From: an uncultured SAR86 cluster bacterium
GTDB taxonomy: Bacteria > Pseudomonadota > Gammaproteobacteria > Magnimaribacterales > D2472
NCBI GenBank assembly: GCA_943846785.1
Contig: OX044367.1
Span: 132,276 to 196,275 of the forward strand
Length of the DNA stretch: 64,000 bases
Direction: 5' to 3'
Positions 1 through 9,464 of this stretch are shown here, in pieces. The notes under the pieces were generated by a model, which worked only from the letters and a program-made list of their open reading frames with translations, made no database searches and was not told where the DNA came from. Position numbers and translations under genes: made by a program. Within the stretch, counting starts at the first letter, position 1, and each line of letters begins with the position of its first letter.

Positions 1-185
1 AACATCTTGATAAAATATCTCCTAAAGACATAGAGACTATTGAAATTCTAAAAACTATGAGACAGGACGAAGATGTTCATGCTCAGCAAGCAGCTGATAA
101 TGGTGGCGAAGAACTAAAAATACCTGCAAAAAAAATCATGAAATATACAGCCAAAGTCATGACGTCAACAAGTACACATATTTAA
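1..185 (+). CDS. coq7: 3' end of demethoxyubiquinone hydroxylase (Coq7-type), cut by the window edge
   Basis: The frame is open from nt 3 to a TAA stop at 183-185. The translation ends ...ELKIPAKKIMKYTAKVMTSTSTHI, which resembles the C-terminus of gammaproteobacterial Coq7 as I recall it (..PAPVK....AKVMT.STY.I). Only about 60 aa are visible. Confidence 0.5.
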   Translation, partial: HLDKISPKDIETIEILKTMRQDEDVHAQQAADNGGEELKIPAKKIMKYTAKVMTSTSTHI

Positions 186-195
186 ATAAATAATT

Positions 196-930
196 ATGAA
201 GAACATTTATCTCGTAATGAGTAGTTTATTGGCACCAATAGTTTTTTCTCAACCAATAGTAAATATAGAAAACTTAAGGCATTCTGGTGAGATTGGTGAA
301 TTTAAGTCAGTTGGATTATCGCTTAATGGGTCAAGAGGAAATGAGGATAGAGATGATTTCAAATTAAATCTGTCTTACACAAAAAATAATGACAATATTG
401 AATCCCTGATTACTCTTAGTCACTCAGAAAGAACAAAAGATGATGTACTAGAAGACAAATCATCATTTTTTCACAGCAGATTACTTTTTAAATCAGATAA
501 ATCTTATGATTATGAGCTTTATGTTCAAAGTAGCAAAAATCCATTTCAGTCATATAAAAAAAGAGATTTATTAGGTTTTGGAATGAGATTTGATTTAACT
601 AAGAAATCTAAAATTGGACTGAGTTTGCTTCATGAAAAGGAAGAAAGTCTTAAAGGAATAAATAAAGAAACAGATAGAGTAAATTTATATTTATATCGAG
701 AAATAGAACTACAAAATGATAATTTTTTGTCGACATCACTCTTCTATCAACCATCGATTAAAGAGCTTAGTTCAGATTACAAAATTTCAGCACTAATATC
801 TTTAAATATGCCTTTGTCAGAGAAAATATTAATTCAAATTCAAATTTCTACTGCCATGGATAATGATCCGCCAGACATATCAAAAAAATCAAATCATTCT
901 TTTTCAACCAATTTTAGATACGTCTTTTAG
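196..930 (+). CDS. Outer-membrane beta-barrel protein, DUF481/YdiY-like
   Basis: The N-terminus looks like a signal peptide (MKNIYLVMSSLLAPIVFSQ). The body has an alternating beta-strand pattern and ends in the aromatic terminus ..NFRYVF typical of OMP barrels. The family call is from memory. Confidence 0.5.
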   Translation: MKNIYLVMSSLLAPIVFSQPIVNIENLRHSGEIGEFKSVGLSLNGSRGNEDRDDFKLNLSYTKNNDNIESLITLSHSERTKDDVLEDKSSFFHSRLLFKSDKSYDYELYVQSSKNPFQSYKKRDLLGFGMRFDLTKKSKIGLSLLHEKEESLKGINKETDRVNLYLYREIELQNDNFLSTSLFYQPSIKELSSDYKISALISLNMPLSEKILIQIQISTAMDNDPPDISKKSNHSFSTNFRYVF

Positions 931-931
931 A

Positions 932-2098
932 CTACTTCATTCGCTGCCATCTAATGGGTACATTTTCTAATTGGTATCTATTAGATTCTTCTTTTAACTT
1001 TACATATTCAGTATTTGAACTGTAGACAGTAACTATTAATGCATTTTCTTTATTTGCAGTTATACGAAGAACCCTGCCCATTCTTTGTATTCTTTGTCTT
1101 TTCGATGAAGAGGCGCTAAGGATCATTGCTCCGTCTGCCTCTGGCATATCAAAGCCCTCATCCAAAGCAGTGCAGCTTACTAGCACATTAAGATTTCCAT
1201 TTTTAAAGTTATTTAAATTTTCTTCTCGTTCTGTGTTATCCAAATCTGTATTGTATATTGCTGATTTGTAACCTTTGGTATTAATAATTTTATTAAACTC
1301 TTTAGCCTGTTTTTTATTTTCTGTGAAAACTATCCAACTCTCTCTTTTATGCTTTTGCAATAACTCCACTCCAAAAGGGATTCTATTCTTTGAATTCTTA
1401 ACCATTCTTGCTCTGTTAAAGATAAGCATTTTTAATGGGTAATCATTCATATTATTTCCGCCAATAGTTGCTGCGCGCCTTTGAATACTTTTAGTAAATT
1501 TTTTGTATTTATCTTCTTCATCCTTTGTCATTGCTGCATAGGCGTAAAGAAGTTTGAAATTAACAATTACTTCGTCCTCTCTGGCATCTATATAGTCATA
1601 ATCAAAAATAATGTCCCCTAGAATCTTTTTTATAATAATATAAAAATTATCATCGTAATCTCTTTCAGGAGTAGCCGATAACCCTAAGGTTGCATGCCAA
1701 TTGTTTGTTAGCATTTCTCCTCTTTTTTCAGTACCGATTTTATGACACTCGTCTACGATCAAAAGAGTGTTCTCAGGAGTAACTCTATCTATGAGATTTT
1801 TTAAGGAGTCTATAGTTGTTATGCATATTCTTGTAATACTTTCTATTTGCTCTCCACCACCATTAAGAGAGATTTCTTCAGAACTAAAACTCTGTGATAG
1901 GCCCTCATACCATTGGTCTAGTAAAGCTATTGATGGAACAACTATTAAAATTGAATTAGTTTTATTTTCTTCTAAATATTTAGTCAGGCAATGAATGGCA
2001 AATACAGTCTTACCCCCACCAGTTACAACTTTGATGATGCCTCTTTTTTTCGCCCACCATAATGGAAATGCATTCTCTTGCCATTCCCTTAATTTCAA
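932..2098 (-). CDS. Minimal superfamily-2 helicase (COG1061, ResIII + Helicase_C; RadD/XPB-like)
   Basis: Helicase motifs are present: LREWQ (Q-like), TGGGKT (I), IVDECH (II), SAT (III) and QRMGRVLR (VI). The start is TTG at 2096-2098 and overlaps the trpC stop codon. Confidence 0.7.
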   Translation of the reverse strand: MKLREWQENAFPLWWAKKRGIIKVVTGGGKTVFAIHCLTKYLEENKTNSILIVVPSIALLDQWYEGLSQSFSSEEISLNGGGEQIESITRICITTIDSLKNLIDRVTPENTLLIVDECHKIGTEKRGEMLTNNWHATLGLSATPERDYDDNFYIIIKKILGDIIFDYDYIDAREDEVIVNFKLLYAYAAMTKDEEDKYKKFTKSIQRRAATIGGNNMNDYPLKMLIFNRARMVKNSKNRIPFGVELLQKHKRESWIVFTENKKQAKEFNKIINTKGYKSAIYNTDLDNTEREENLNNFKNGNLNVLVSCTALDEGFDMPEADGAMILSASSSKRQRIQRMGRVLRITANKENALIVTVYSSNTEYVKLKEESNRYQLENVPIRWQRMK

Positions 2099-2844
2099 GC
2101 AAAGTCCCCTTTCATGAGACTTTCGCCTATTAAAAAAGCATGAATATCATGTTGTTTGAGAGTATCTATATCCTTTTGATTTCTAATTCCTGATTCAGCG
2201 ACAAAAGTATTATTGCCTTCATAAATCTTTTTAAGATTTATTGAATTACTAAGATCAACCTCAAATGTTTTAAGATTTCTATTGTTCACGCCAATCATTG
2301 CATCACCAAAGTGCTCAACTCTTCTGAGTTCATCTTCATCATGAACTTCAATTAAATAATCTAATTCTAATTTTTCTGCTACGGTCACAAATTCAGTTAT
2401 CTCTTGATCAGATAAAATACTAGCAATTAACAAAATACAATCAGCACCAATGAGCTTTGCCTCATATATTTGATATTCATCAATCATAAAATCTTTTCTA
2501 ATAATTGGAAGTTTTGTAATTGCCTTAACATCTATCAAAAATTGATTATGTCCCTGAAAAAAATCTTCTTCAGTAAGAATGGATAGAGCTGAAGCTCCAA
2601 AAGCTTCATATTCTTTTGCCTTTTTAACAGGATTAAAGTCTTCAGCAATGATTCCTGCACTAGGAGAAGCTTTTTTAATTTCTGCAATGATTGCTTGATC
2701 TTTATTGGCTATCCCTTCTTTAAAAGCTCCCTTAGGTAGATCTAACTCACTCAATTTTTTCTTAATATCATTTAATGGGAATGCTTCTTTCTTTAGAATT
2801 AATTTTTCACGCGTATTATTTACTATGTCATTGAGTATAGTCAT
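2095..2844 (-). CDS. trpC: Indole-3-glycerol-phosphate synthase
   Basis: Motifs EIKKASPSAG, LSILTEEDFFQG, IRKDF and GVNNRNL are present. The gene lies last in a trpE-G-D-C order. Confidence 0.9.
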   Translation of the reverse strand: MTILNDIVNNTREKLILKKEAFPLNDIKKKLSELDLPKGAFKEGIANKDQAIIAEIKKASPSAGIIAEDFNPVKKAKEYEAFGASALSILTEEDFFQGHNQFLIDVKAITKLPIIRKDFMIDEYQIYEAKLIGADCILLIASILSDQEITEFVTVAEKLELDYLIEVHDEDELRRVEHFGDAMIGVNNRNLKTFEVDLSNSINLKKIYEGNNTFVAESGIRNQKDIDTLKQHDIHAFLIGESLMKGDFA

Positions 2845-3854
2845 TAGAGATTTGAAACCCTCACATACCCTGCTAATTTATCTGCAGCTTTACCATTATT
2901 CATTAAAGTAAATGCCAATTCCACGCCATCTGCAATAGAGTTAACTATTCTAGCAACGTAGAGTCCTGCGCCAGCATTTAAAGCAATCATATCTTGGACT
3001 GCAGATTGTTCACCTGAAAATGCCTCTCTTACAAGTCGCAAGCTGTCCTCTGGAGATTGAGCACTTATTTCGCTTAGATTTGAATTGGATAATCCAAAAT
3101 CTTTTGGTGATATCGAGTATTGTTCAATTTTATAATTTTTTAATTCAGATATTTGAGTTGCTCCAGTAATGCTTATTTCATCTAAGCCATCGTCTCCATG
3201 AACAACAAGGACATGCTCCATCTCTAGGTTTTTTGCTACTGTTGAAAATGTATTGAGCAAATTCTTATCATAGACACCAATGACTTGCCTTCTTGCTCCA
3301 CAAGGATTTGTGTGAGGTCCTAATAAATTAAATATTGTTTTCTTACCAATGCGCTGTCTTGCTGGCATGACATATTTCATAGATTCATGATGAAGTGGGG
3401 CAAATAAGAAAATAAAACCAACCTGATTAAATACTTCCAATAGTCTTTCTCTATTGTGGCCAATGTCTGCACCAGCAGCAGTTAAAAAATCAGCACTACC
3501 AGATTTACTAGAAATAGCTTTATTGCCATGTTTTGTTATTGAGGCGCCACCAGCAGCAGCAACAAATGAAGATGCTGTAGAGCAATTAAAGGTATGCAAA
3601 CCAGTTCCACCTGTTCCACAGGTATCTATATGAGTACCATCGCCTATTTCAAACTTTAATGATTTTTTTTGCATTACTGATGCAGCAGCAGTTATCTCTG
3701 GTTCCTTTATACCTTTTTCATTCAGAGCAAGAAGGAAAGTTTCAATATCTCTATCTTCAACCTCTCCAGTCATAATACTTTCGACAGCATGCTGCATTTC
3801 TTCAGACTGGAGATCTTTTTTATCTTTTAATTTTTTAAGAATATCTTTAATCAT
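2844..3854 (-). CDS. trpD: Anthranilate phosphoribosyltransferase
   Basis: Motifs DTCGTGGTG and KHGNKAISSKSGSADFL are present. There is a 1-nt overlap with trpC and a 4-nt overlap with trpG. Confidence 0.9.
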   Translation of the reverse strand: MIKDILKKLKDKKDLQSEEMQHAVESIMTGEVEDRDIETFLLALNEKGIKEPEITAAASVMQKKSLKFEIGDGTHIDTCGTGGTGLHTFNCSTASSFVAAAGGASITKHGNKAISSKSGSADFLTAAGADIGHNRERLLEVFNQVGFIFLFAPLHHESMKYVMPARQRIGKKTIFNLLGPHTNPCGARRQVIGVYDKNLLNTFSTVAKNLEMEHVLVVHGDDGLDEISITGATQISELKNYKIEQYSISPKDFGLSNSNLSEISAQSPEDSLRLVREAFSGEQSAVQDMIALNAGAGLYVARIVNSIADGVELAFTLMNNGKAADKLAGYVRVSNL

Positions 3855-4414
3855 AGGGCTAAAAAGTTTTGAATAAGTTTCATTCCAAAATCTGTCTCTA
3901 TAGATTCAGGATGGAATTGAACTCCATAAATAGGTTTATCTTTATGCTCGATTGCCATAATTATTTCAGGATTATCTTTTAGCACTCCTGTGATCTTTAA
4001 TTCATCTGGCAAAGAGTCTTTTTCAATTATTAAACTATGATATCTCACTACAGAATAGGGGCTATCAATACCTTTAAAAATATTTTTATTGTTGTGCTCA
4101 ACTTCAGATAGCTTTCCATGAAATATTTCTGGAGCCTTAATAATATTGCCTCCAAATGCCGCACCAATTGCTTGATGTCCTAAACAAACTCCCAGCAAAG
4201 GTACTGATGAATTTTTAATTAGCTCAATAGAAATGCCTGCCTCATTTGGTGTGCAAGGACCTGGTGAGATAACTATTTTTTCTGGATTTAGATCATTTAC
4301 TTGCTCTGATGTTATTTCATCATTTCTAACTACCAAAACTTCTTTTCCATTTTCACCAATGTAATGAACAAGGTTGTAAGTAAAGCTATCATAATTATCA
4401 ATAACTAAAATCAT
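3851..4414 (-). CDS. trpG: Anthranilate synthase component II (glutamine amidotransferase)
   Basis: Class-I GATase motifs GVCLGHQ and VQFHPES are present. The gene sits between trpE and trpD. Confidence 0.85.
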   Translation of the reverse strand: MILVIDNYDSFTYNLVHYIGENGKEVLVVRNDEITSEQVNDLNPEKIVISPGPCTPNEAGISIELIKNSSVPLLGVCLGHQAIGAAFGGNIIKAPEIFHGKLSEVEHNNKNIFKGIDSPYSVVRYHSLIIEKDSLPDELKITGVLKDNPEIIMAIEHKDKPIYGVQFHPESIETDFGMKLIQNFLAL

Positions 4415-5877
4415 GAGATCATCTCGATAGCATCTAAAAAAACTTTAGCTTTTTGTTCACATTCAAGCCATTCATTTTCTGGAATAGAATCAGCAACTAT
4501 GCCAGCTCCAGCTCCTACATGAATAATATTATCTTTAATAACAGCTGTTCTTATAGCTATAGCAGTATCAATATTGCCATTCCAAGATATATATCCAATG
4601 GCTCCTCCATATATCCCCCTTGAGCTTGGTTCAAGCTCATTAATAATCTGCATTGCTCTTATTTTTGGTGCTCCAGACAAAGTGCCAGCAGGAAGTGTAG
4701 CTTTTAATGCATCTATGGCATCCAGGTCATCAGCAAGAATGCCCTTAACATTAGATACGATATGCATGACATGTGAATATTTTTCAATAATCATTTTATC
4801 TGTTACTTGAACTGAGCCCATCTTAGAAACTTTACCAACATCATTCCTGCCAAGATCAATTAACATCAAATGTTCTGCAATTTCTTTAGGGTCGTTTAAT
4901 AAATCTTTCTCATTAGCTAAGTCTTCTTTGGTGTCTTTGCCTCTTTTTCTAGTTCCTGCAATAGGCCTTAGAGTAACTTTGTTTTCCTCTAGTCGAATCA
5001 AAATTTCAGGAGATGCCCCAACAATTTGGCACTCATCAAAATCCAAGAAGTACATATATGGAGATGGATTTAATAAACGTAATGCCTTATATAAATCAAA
5101 AGGATCTTTATTAAAATCTTTATAGAAGTCTTGAGCAAGAACAACCTGCATAACATCACCCTCTTCTATATATTTTTTTATGCTATTGACTGCATCAAGG
5201 TAATCTTCTTTTATAAAATTAGAATCAAAAGTCATCTCTCTAGAAGGAGTTTTAAAAGTATCTTCAGTATTTTTTTTACTGCTGCTCAAAAGTTTAATGA
5301 TTTCATCAATAACATTTATGGATTCTTCATAAGAATACTTAGATGGGTCTGCATTAAAAATTACCTTAGTTGATTGATCAATGTTGTCATAAATAATCAG
5401 CTTTTCAGCCTTAACAAGAAAAATTTCAGGCATATGCTCTTTAAATTTTGAATCTTTATTTTCAAGATCTGCTATTCTCTTCTCAGCATACTTTGCGCTC
5501 TCATATGCAAAGAAGCCGACATGCCCACCATAAAATCTAGGTAAATCTGCAATATCGGGTGTCTTTTGACGACTTATTAAGTTTTGAATATCATCGAGTG
5601 GATTCAATGATTCATATATAGAAACTTCTGAATCAACCTTTAATTCAATCGTGCTTCCACATACCTTAATAGTATCTGTACAATCCATTCCAATAATTGA
5701 GTATTGCCCCCATTTATCGCCCCCCTCAACAGATTCAAGTAAAAATGTATTTGTCTTATCTGAAATTTGAGAATAAATAGTTAGCGGTGTTGCTGAATTT
5801 AAATGAATCTCCTTAGCAACTGGAATAATGCTAAATCCTTGATCTGTATATTGTTGAAATTCTTCTTTATTTATCAT
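4411..5877 (-). CDS. trpE: Anthranilate synthase component I
   Basis: Motifs LLESVEGG, GTLSGAPKIRAM, RGIYGGAIGY and GAGIVADS are present. Confidence 0.9.
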   Translation of the reverse strand: MINKEEFQQYTDQGFSIIPVAKEIHLNSATPLTIYSQISDKTNTFLLESVEGGDKWGQYSIIGMDCTDTIKVCGSTIELKVDSEVSIYESLNPLDDIQNLISRQKTPDIADLPRFYGGHVGFFAYESAKYAEKRIADLENKDSKFKEHMPEIFLVKAEKLIIYDNIDQSTKVIFNADPSKYSYEESINVIDEIIKLLSSSKKNTEDTFKTPSREMTFDSNFIKEDYLDAVNSIKKYIEEGDVMQVVLAQDFYKDFNKDPFDLYKALRLLNPSPYMYFLDFDECQIVGASPEILIRLEENKVTLRPIAGTRKRGKDTKEDLANEKDLLNDPKEIAEHLMLIDLGRNDVGKVSKMGSVQVTDKMIIEKYSHVMHIVSNVKGILADDLDAIDALKATLPAGTLSGAPKIRAMQIINELEPSSRGIYGGAIGYISWNGNIDTAIAIRTAVIKDNIIHVGAGAGIVADSIPENEWLECEQKAKVFLDAIEMIS

Positions 5878-6316
5878 TTTGTAAAATCTTTTCTATAGCC
5901 AATATATCGCCTGAATTAATATTACTTCTTTCAAAGAATCCTTGATTTACCTCTAAAGCATAAATAGCAGGTTCATCAGAACATATTGATACTCTTGATA
6001 AGGGCTTCATATCTGAAATATTAATGATTTTACCTTTGGCATCTGCATATGCAACGCTTAATGGGATATAAGTATTCTTCATCCACATACACTGTATCTT
6101 TTCTGAATCCCATATAAATAACATTCCATGGTTTTGAGGGAGCGCATTTCGATACATAAGCCCTCTTCTTCTTTCTTTAGAACTATCAGCTATCTCTATT
6201 TTGTTTAAAAAACTATCTAAATTTATAGGATCAGATCCATGCAAGCTGGATACGAAAAGTATGGATAAGACTAAGTTAAACGATCTTCGAACGTAGTGTG
6301 TTGATTGTCTGCTCAT
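5867..6316 (-). CDS. DUF192 (COG1430) family protein, probably exported
   Basis: The N-terminus is basic then hydrophobic ([18 protein letters not shown]). The core ..RRRGLMYR...GMLFIW.. recalls DUF192. The gene overlaps rpe by 41 nt and trpE by 11 nt. Confidence 0.55.
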   Translation of the reverse strand: MSRQSTHYVRRSFNLVLSILFVSSLHGSDPINLDSFLNKIEIADSSKERRRGLMYRNALPQNHGMLFIWDSEKIQCMWMKNTYIPLSVAYADAKGKIINISDMKPLSRVSICSDEPAIYALEVNQGFFERSNINSGDILAIEKILQNDK

Positions 6317-6944
6317 AGTTATCCGTATTAAAGATTGCAGATCCTGCTACAAAAGTATCAGCTCCAGCTGCAGATGCTAGGCCAATAGTTTCATTATTGA
6401 TTCCGCCATCAACTTCTAAGCGTATATCTTTTCCAGAGTCATTAATCATTTTTCTAACTGAGGTAATTTTTTCAAGAGAACTATGAATAAAAGACTGCCC
6501 TCCAAACCCAGGATTCACACTCATAATTAAAACTAAATCTAAATCATCAATAACATTTTCAAGAATATTTAATGGGGTTGCTGGGTTAAACACTAATCCT
6601 GCTTTACAGCCCTTATCCTTTATTGCATGAATTGATCTATGAACATGTTTTGAAGCCTCTGGATGGAAGCTAATTAAATCCGCCCCTGCCTTAATAAAAC
6701 TCTGAGCGAGTTCATCAACTGGATCAACCATAAGATGAACATCAATAAACTCTTTGACTCCATAGTCTCTTAAAGATTTGCATACCATAGGGCCGATTGT
6801 GAGATTGGGCACATAGTGGTTATCCATTACATCGAAATGAATCCAGTCAGCACCAGCATTCAATACATTAACTACCTCATCTCCCAAGGTTGCAAAATTT
6901 GATGCTAATATTGATGGCGCAATAATGTAGTTTGAATCTTTCAT
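6276..6944 (-). CDS. rpe: Ribulose-phosphate 3-epimerase
   Basis: Motifs [21 protein letters not shown] and [12 protein letters not shown] are present. Confidence 0.9.
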   Translation of the reverse strand: MKDSNYIIAPSILASNFATLGDEVVNVLNAGADWIHFDVMDNHYVPNLTIGPMVCKSLRDYGVKEFIDVHLMVDPVDELAQSFIKAGADLISFHPEASKHVHRSIHAIKDKGCKAGLVFNPATPLNILENVIDDLDLVLIMSVNPGFGGQSFIHSSLEKITSVRKMINDSGKDIRLEVDGGINNETIGLASAAGADTFVAGSAIFNTDNYEQTINTLRSKIV

Positions 6945-6947
6945 GTT

Positions 6948-7619
6948 CTAATTTTCGTCTTTATAAACCTTATTAGCAAGTTCTAAGCGATCAACTGTGC
7001 CAGTATCTATCCATTTATTATTTATAATTTCAGCAGTGACGGATCGATTGTTGATAGATGAAATCATTACAGGATCCCATATATTAAAAAACTCCTCTCG
7101 ATGTCTATAATTATTAAGAATTGATGGATTTACTATAGAGATACCAGTCCAGGTAAAGTCATTAATTCCATTTCTTACAATTACAGTATCGCCATCCATA
7201 GAAAAATCACCATTGCTATTATGGTCAGGGTTACTGACGCCAACCAAGTGAGCAGATTTGATTTTTGTATTTAAATTTTTTATTTTTATGTCGTGACATA
7301 TATCTGCATTTATTAGTAAAAAGGGATCCTTTCCAATGAGATCAAGTGCTTTCACAATACCCCCTCCAGTTCCAAGAGGCTTATCTTCATCAGAAAAACT
7401 AATTTTAGTAGATGGAAATTTCTTAGTTACATGATCTTTGATCATGCTTCCTAGATATGAAGTATTAATAATAAAGTCTTCATAACCCTCATCTAATAAA
7501 CTCTGGATGTTTCTTTCGATCAAGCTTTTGCCTCCAACCTCTAACAATGGTTTTGGTTTTGTTTTTGTTAAGGGCATCATCCTCTTTCCATATCCTGCAG
7601 CAAGAATCATGACTTTCAT
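6948..7619 (-). CDS. murU: Sugar-1-phosphate nucleotidyltransferase, MurU-like (MurNAc-1-P uridylyltransferase)
   Basis: The N-terminal signature ILAAGYGKRMMPLTKTKPKPLL is present. The gene lies directly downstream of, and overlapping, a kinase gene near lptD, as in the Pseudomonas amgK-murU pair. The context argument is from memory. Confidence 0.6.
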   Translation of the reverse strand: MKVMILAAGYGKRMMPLTKTKPKPLLEVGGKSLIERNIQSLLDEGYEDFIINTSYLGSMIKDHVTKKFPSTKISFSDEDKPLGTGGGIVKALDLIGKDPFLLINADICHDIKIKNLNTKIKSAHLVGVSNPDHNSNGDFSMDGDTVIVRNGINDFTWTGISIVNPSILNNYRHREEFFNIWDPVMISSINNRSVTAEIINNKWIDTGTVDRLELANKVYKDEN

Positions 7620-8581
7620 ATTTGATTTAGCCTTATTTGAAGCCTTTCTTGAACTTCTCCAGAAAGATAATCTTTTAGATCTTTAAAATTATTATCAGGA
7701 ATGAGTTCTATAAAATTATTTAGGATGGTTTTTAAATCCTTTAATCTAAATGATCTGTTGGTATCTAAATAAATTTTACTTAACGTTCCAAGGATTCGCA
7801 TGTTTCTTTGTATAGCGCCCCACCTAACCCATTCAAAGATAATATTTGAACCTAAATCAAATTTATGAAGCTCGCTATAATAATCAAGAGAGTTCATAAC
7901 TGTTTTATCTGGATATCTTACGTAATGATCAATAAATATTCCTGCAAGATCAATTCCTACTGGCCCAGAACATAGATCTTGATGATCTACTATACAAATC
8001 TCTCCATCATCTAGAAGCATTAAATTTCTTCTTTCAAAATCAAAGTGACAATTCATCCATGGTTGATTTAATAATTCTTCAATAGCTTGTTTTTTTATAT
8101 TTTCTAAGTCAGCATGCTTCTCTAATGATAGAAAATCATTAATAAAAATATTCTCAAACCTTGTCATTTGTTCTAATAAATTATCTTGATCTAATTTTGG
8201 AATTTGAGGAACGTTAGCTGTCTGGATTTTTACCAAAACAGCTATAGATTTATCTAATAACGATATATTTTCAGTTGCAAGTGGATCAAGGTCTATCAGA
8301 GAAGAATCGCCTAAGTCTTCTTGAATAGTAACTCCCAGCTTGGCATTTGAGTAAATAATATTAGGGCATCTAACGTTCTGCTCAATTAGAAACTTTGATA
8401 CATGTTCAAACTTTAGGTGCGTGCCTAGACTTGGATTTAAATAACACAAAACAAAAGTTTTGCCTGACTTATTAGTAATTCTATAATATTCTCTACCGCT
8501 TGCCTCGAGCTTTAGCGGATTAACATTATTGACTTGAAAGCCGCATTCTTGAGCTATTTGTATTACTTCAGAGTCTATCAA
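7616..8581 (-). CDS. amgK: APH-fold kinase, AmgK-like (anomeric MurNAc/GlcNAc kinase)
   Basis: The Brenner catalytic loop HFDFERRN (HxDxxxxN) and the downstream motif VDHQD are present. There is a 4-nt overlap with murU. Confidence 0.55.
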   Translation of the reverse strand: MIDSEVIQIAQECGFQVNNVNPLKLEASGREYYRITNKSGKTFVLCYLNPSLGTHLKFEHVSKFLIEQNVRCPNIIYSNAKLGVTIQEDLGDSSLIDLDPLATENISLLDKSIAVLVKIQTANVPQIPKLDQDNLLEQMTRFENIFINDFLSLEKHADLENIKKQAIEELLNQPWMNCHFDFERRNLMLLDDGEICIVDHQDLCSGPVGIDLAGIFIDHYVRYPDKTVMNSLDYYSELHKFDLGSNIIFEWVRWGAIQRNMRILGTLSKIYLDTNRSFRLKDLKTILNNFIELIPDNNFKDLKDYLSGEVQERLQIRLNQI

Positions 8582-8582
8582 G

Positions 8583-9440
8583 TTAGCTGTTTTTTACCTC
8601 ATCAGGCAGAGGGGTATCATCTGGTACAAAGAAATCTGGCATCAGTTCGCCAAAAGGTACATTTGCATACTTTGTGAAATCTTTGACTCCAGCTGCATGA
8701 AGGACTAAATCATCTATACAAAAGTTTCCAGTAAATGATTTAGAATCTTTAGTTAAAATTTCATAGGCAGCATCAGCCATGATATGAACATTTCTTGATA
8801 GTCTCATAATCTCATCTCCACCAAGATGATTTTGAACAGCTGCAGTTGCAATTGCAGTTCGAGGCCATAACGCATTAACAGCTATACCTTTTTCTGCAAA
8901 TTCAGCTGCCATCCCCAGAACACACATACTCATGGTGTACTTTGCCATTGTGTATGCAACGGTTCCAGAAAACCATTTAGAGCTCATATCTAGTGGTGGA
9001 GACAAGTTCAGAATATGTGGATTAGAGGATTTTAATAAATGAGGGAGGCAGTATTTACTTACCATATAAGTCCCTCTTCCATTAATCTGATGCATCAAAT
9101 CATATCTTTTCATTTCTGTATCTGTGACGTTAGTCAATTGAATTGCTGATGCATTATTAATGCAAATATCTATCCCACCAAAGTGCTCTACAGCCTTGTT
9201 GATGGCATCACGAACGTTATCCTCATCTCTAATATCACACAAAACAGGTAGGGCATCACCACCAGCTTCTATAATTTCATCTGCTGCTGTATAAATAGTT
9301 CCGGGGAGTTTTGGATGGGGATCTGCAGTTTTAGCTGCAACAACTATTTTAGCTCCATCTTTGGCTGCTCTTTTTGCCATAGCCAAACCAATACCTCTGC
9401 TTCCGCCAGACATAAAAATAACTTTATCTTTTAAACTCAT
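8583..9440 (-). CDS. Short-chain dehydrogenase/reductase, HSDL2-like
   Basis: The cofactor motif GGSRGIG and the segment AAKTADPHPKLPGTIYTAADEI, strongly reminiscent of HSDL2, are present. The catalytic YTMAK (YxxxK) is intact. Confidence 0.75.
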   Translation of the reverse strand: MSLKDKVIFMSGGSRGIGLAMAKRAAKDGAKIVVAAKTADPHPKLPGTIYTAADEIIEAGGDALPVLCDIRDEDNVRDAINKAVEHFGGIDICINNASAIQLTNVTDTEMKRYDLMHQINGRGTYMVSKYCLPHLLKSSNPHILNLSPPLDMSSKWFSGTVAYTMAKYTMSMCVLGMAAEFAEKGIAVNALWPRTAIATAAVQNHLGGDEIMRLSRNVHIMADAAYEILTKDSKSFTGNFCIDDLVLHAAGVKDFTKYANVPFGELMPDFFVPDDTPLPDEVKNS

Positions 9441-9464
9441 AATTTTTCCTTCTTTTTTAAAATT

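Noticed and set aside
5878-6316. A search for a trp leader peptide or attenuator upstream of trpE.
   Set aside because: There is no intergenic space. The trpE start lies 11 nt inside the preceding DUF192 gene, and no Trp-Trp mini-ORF is present.
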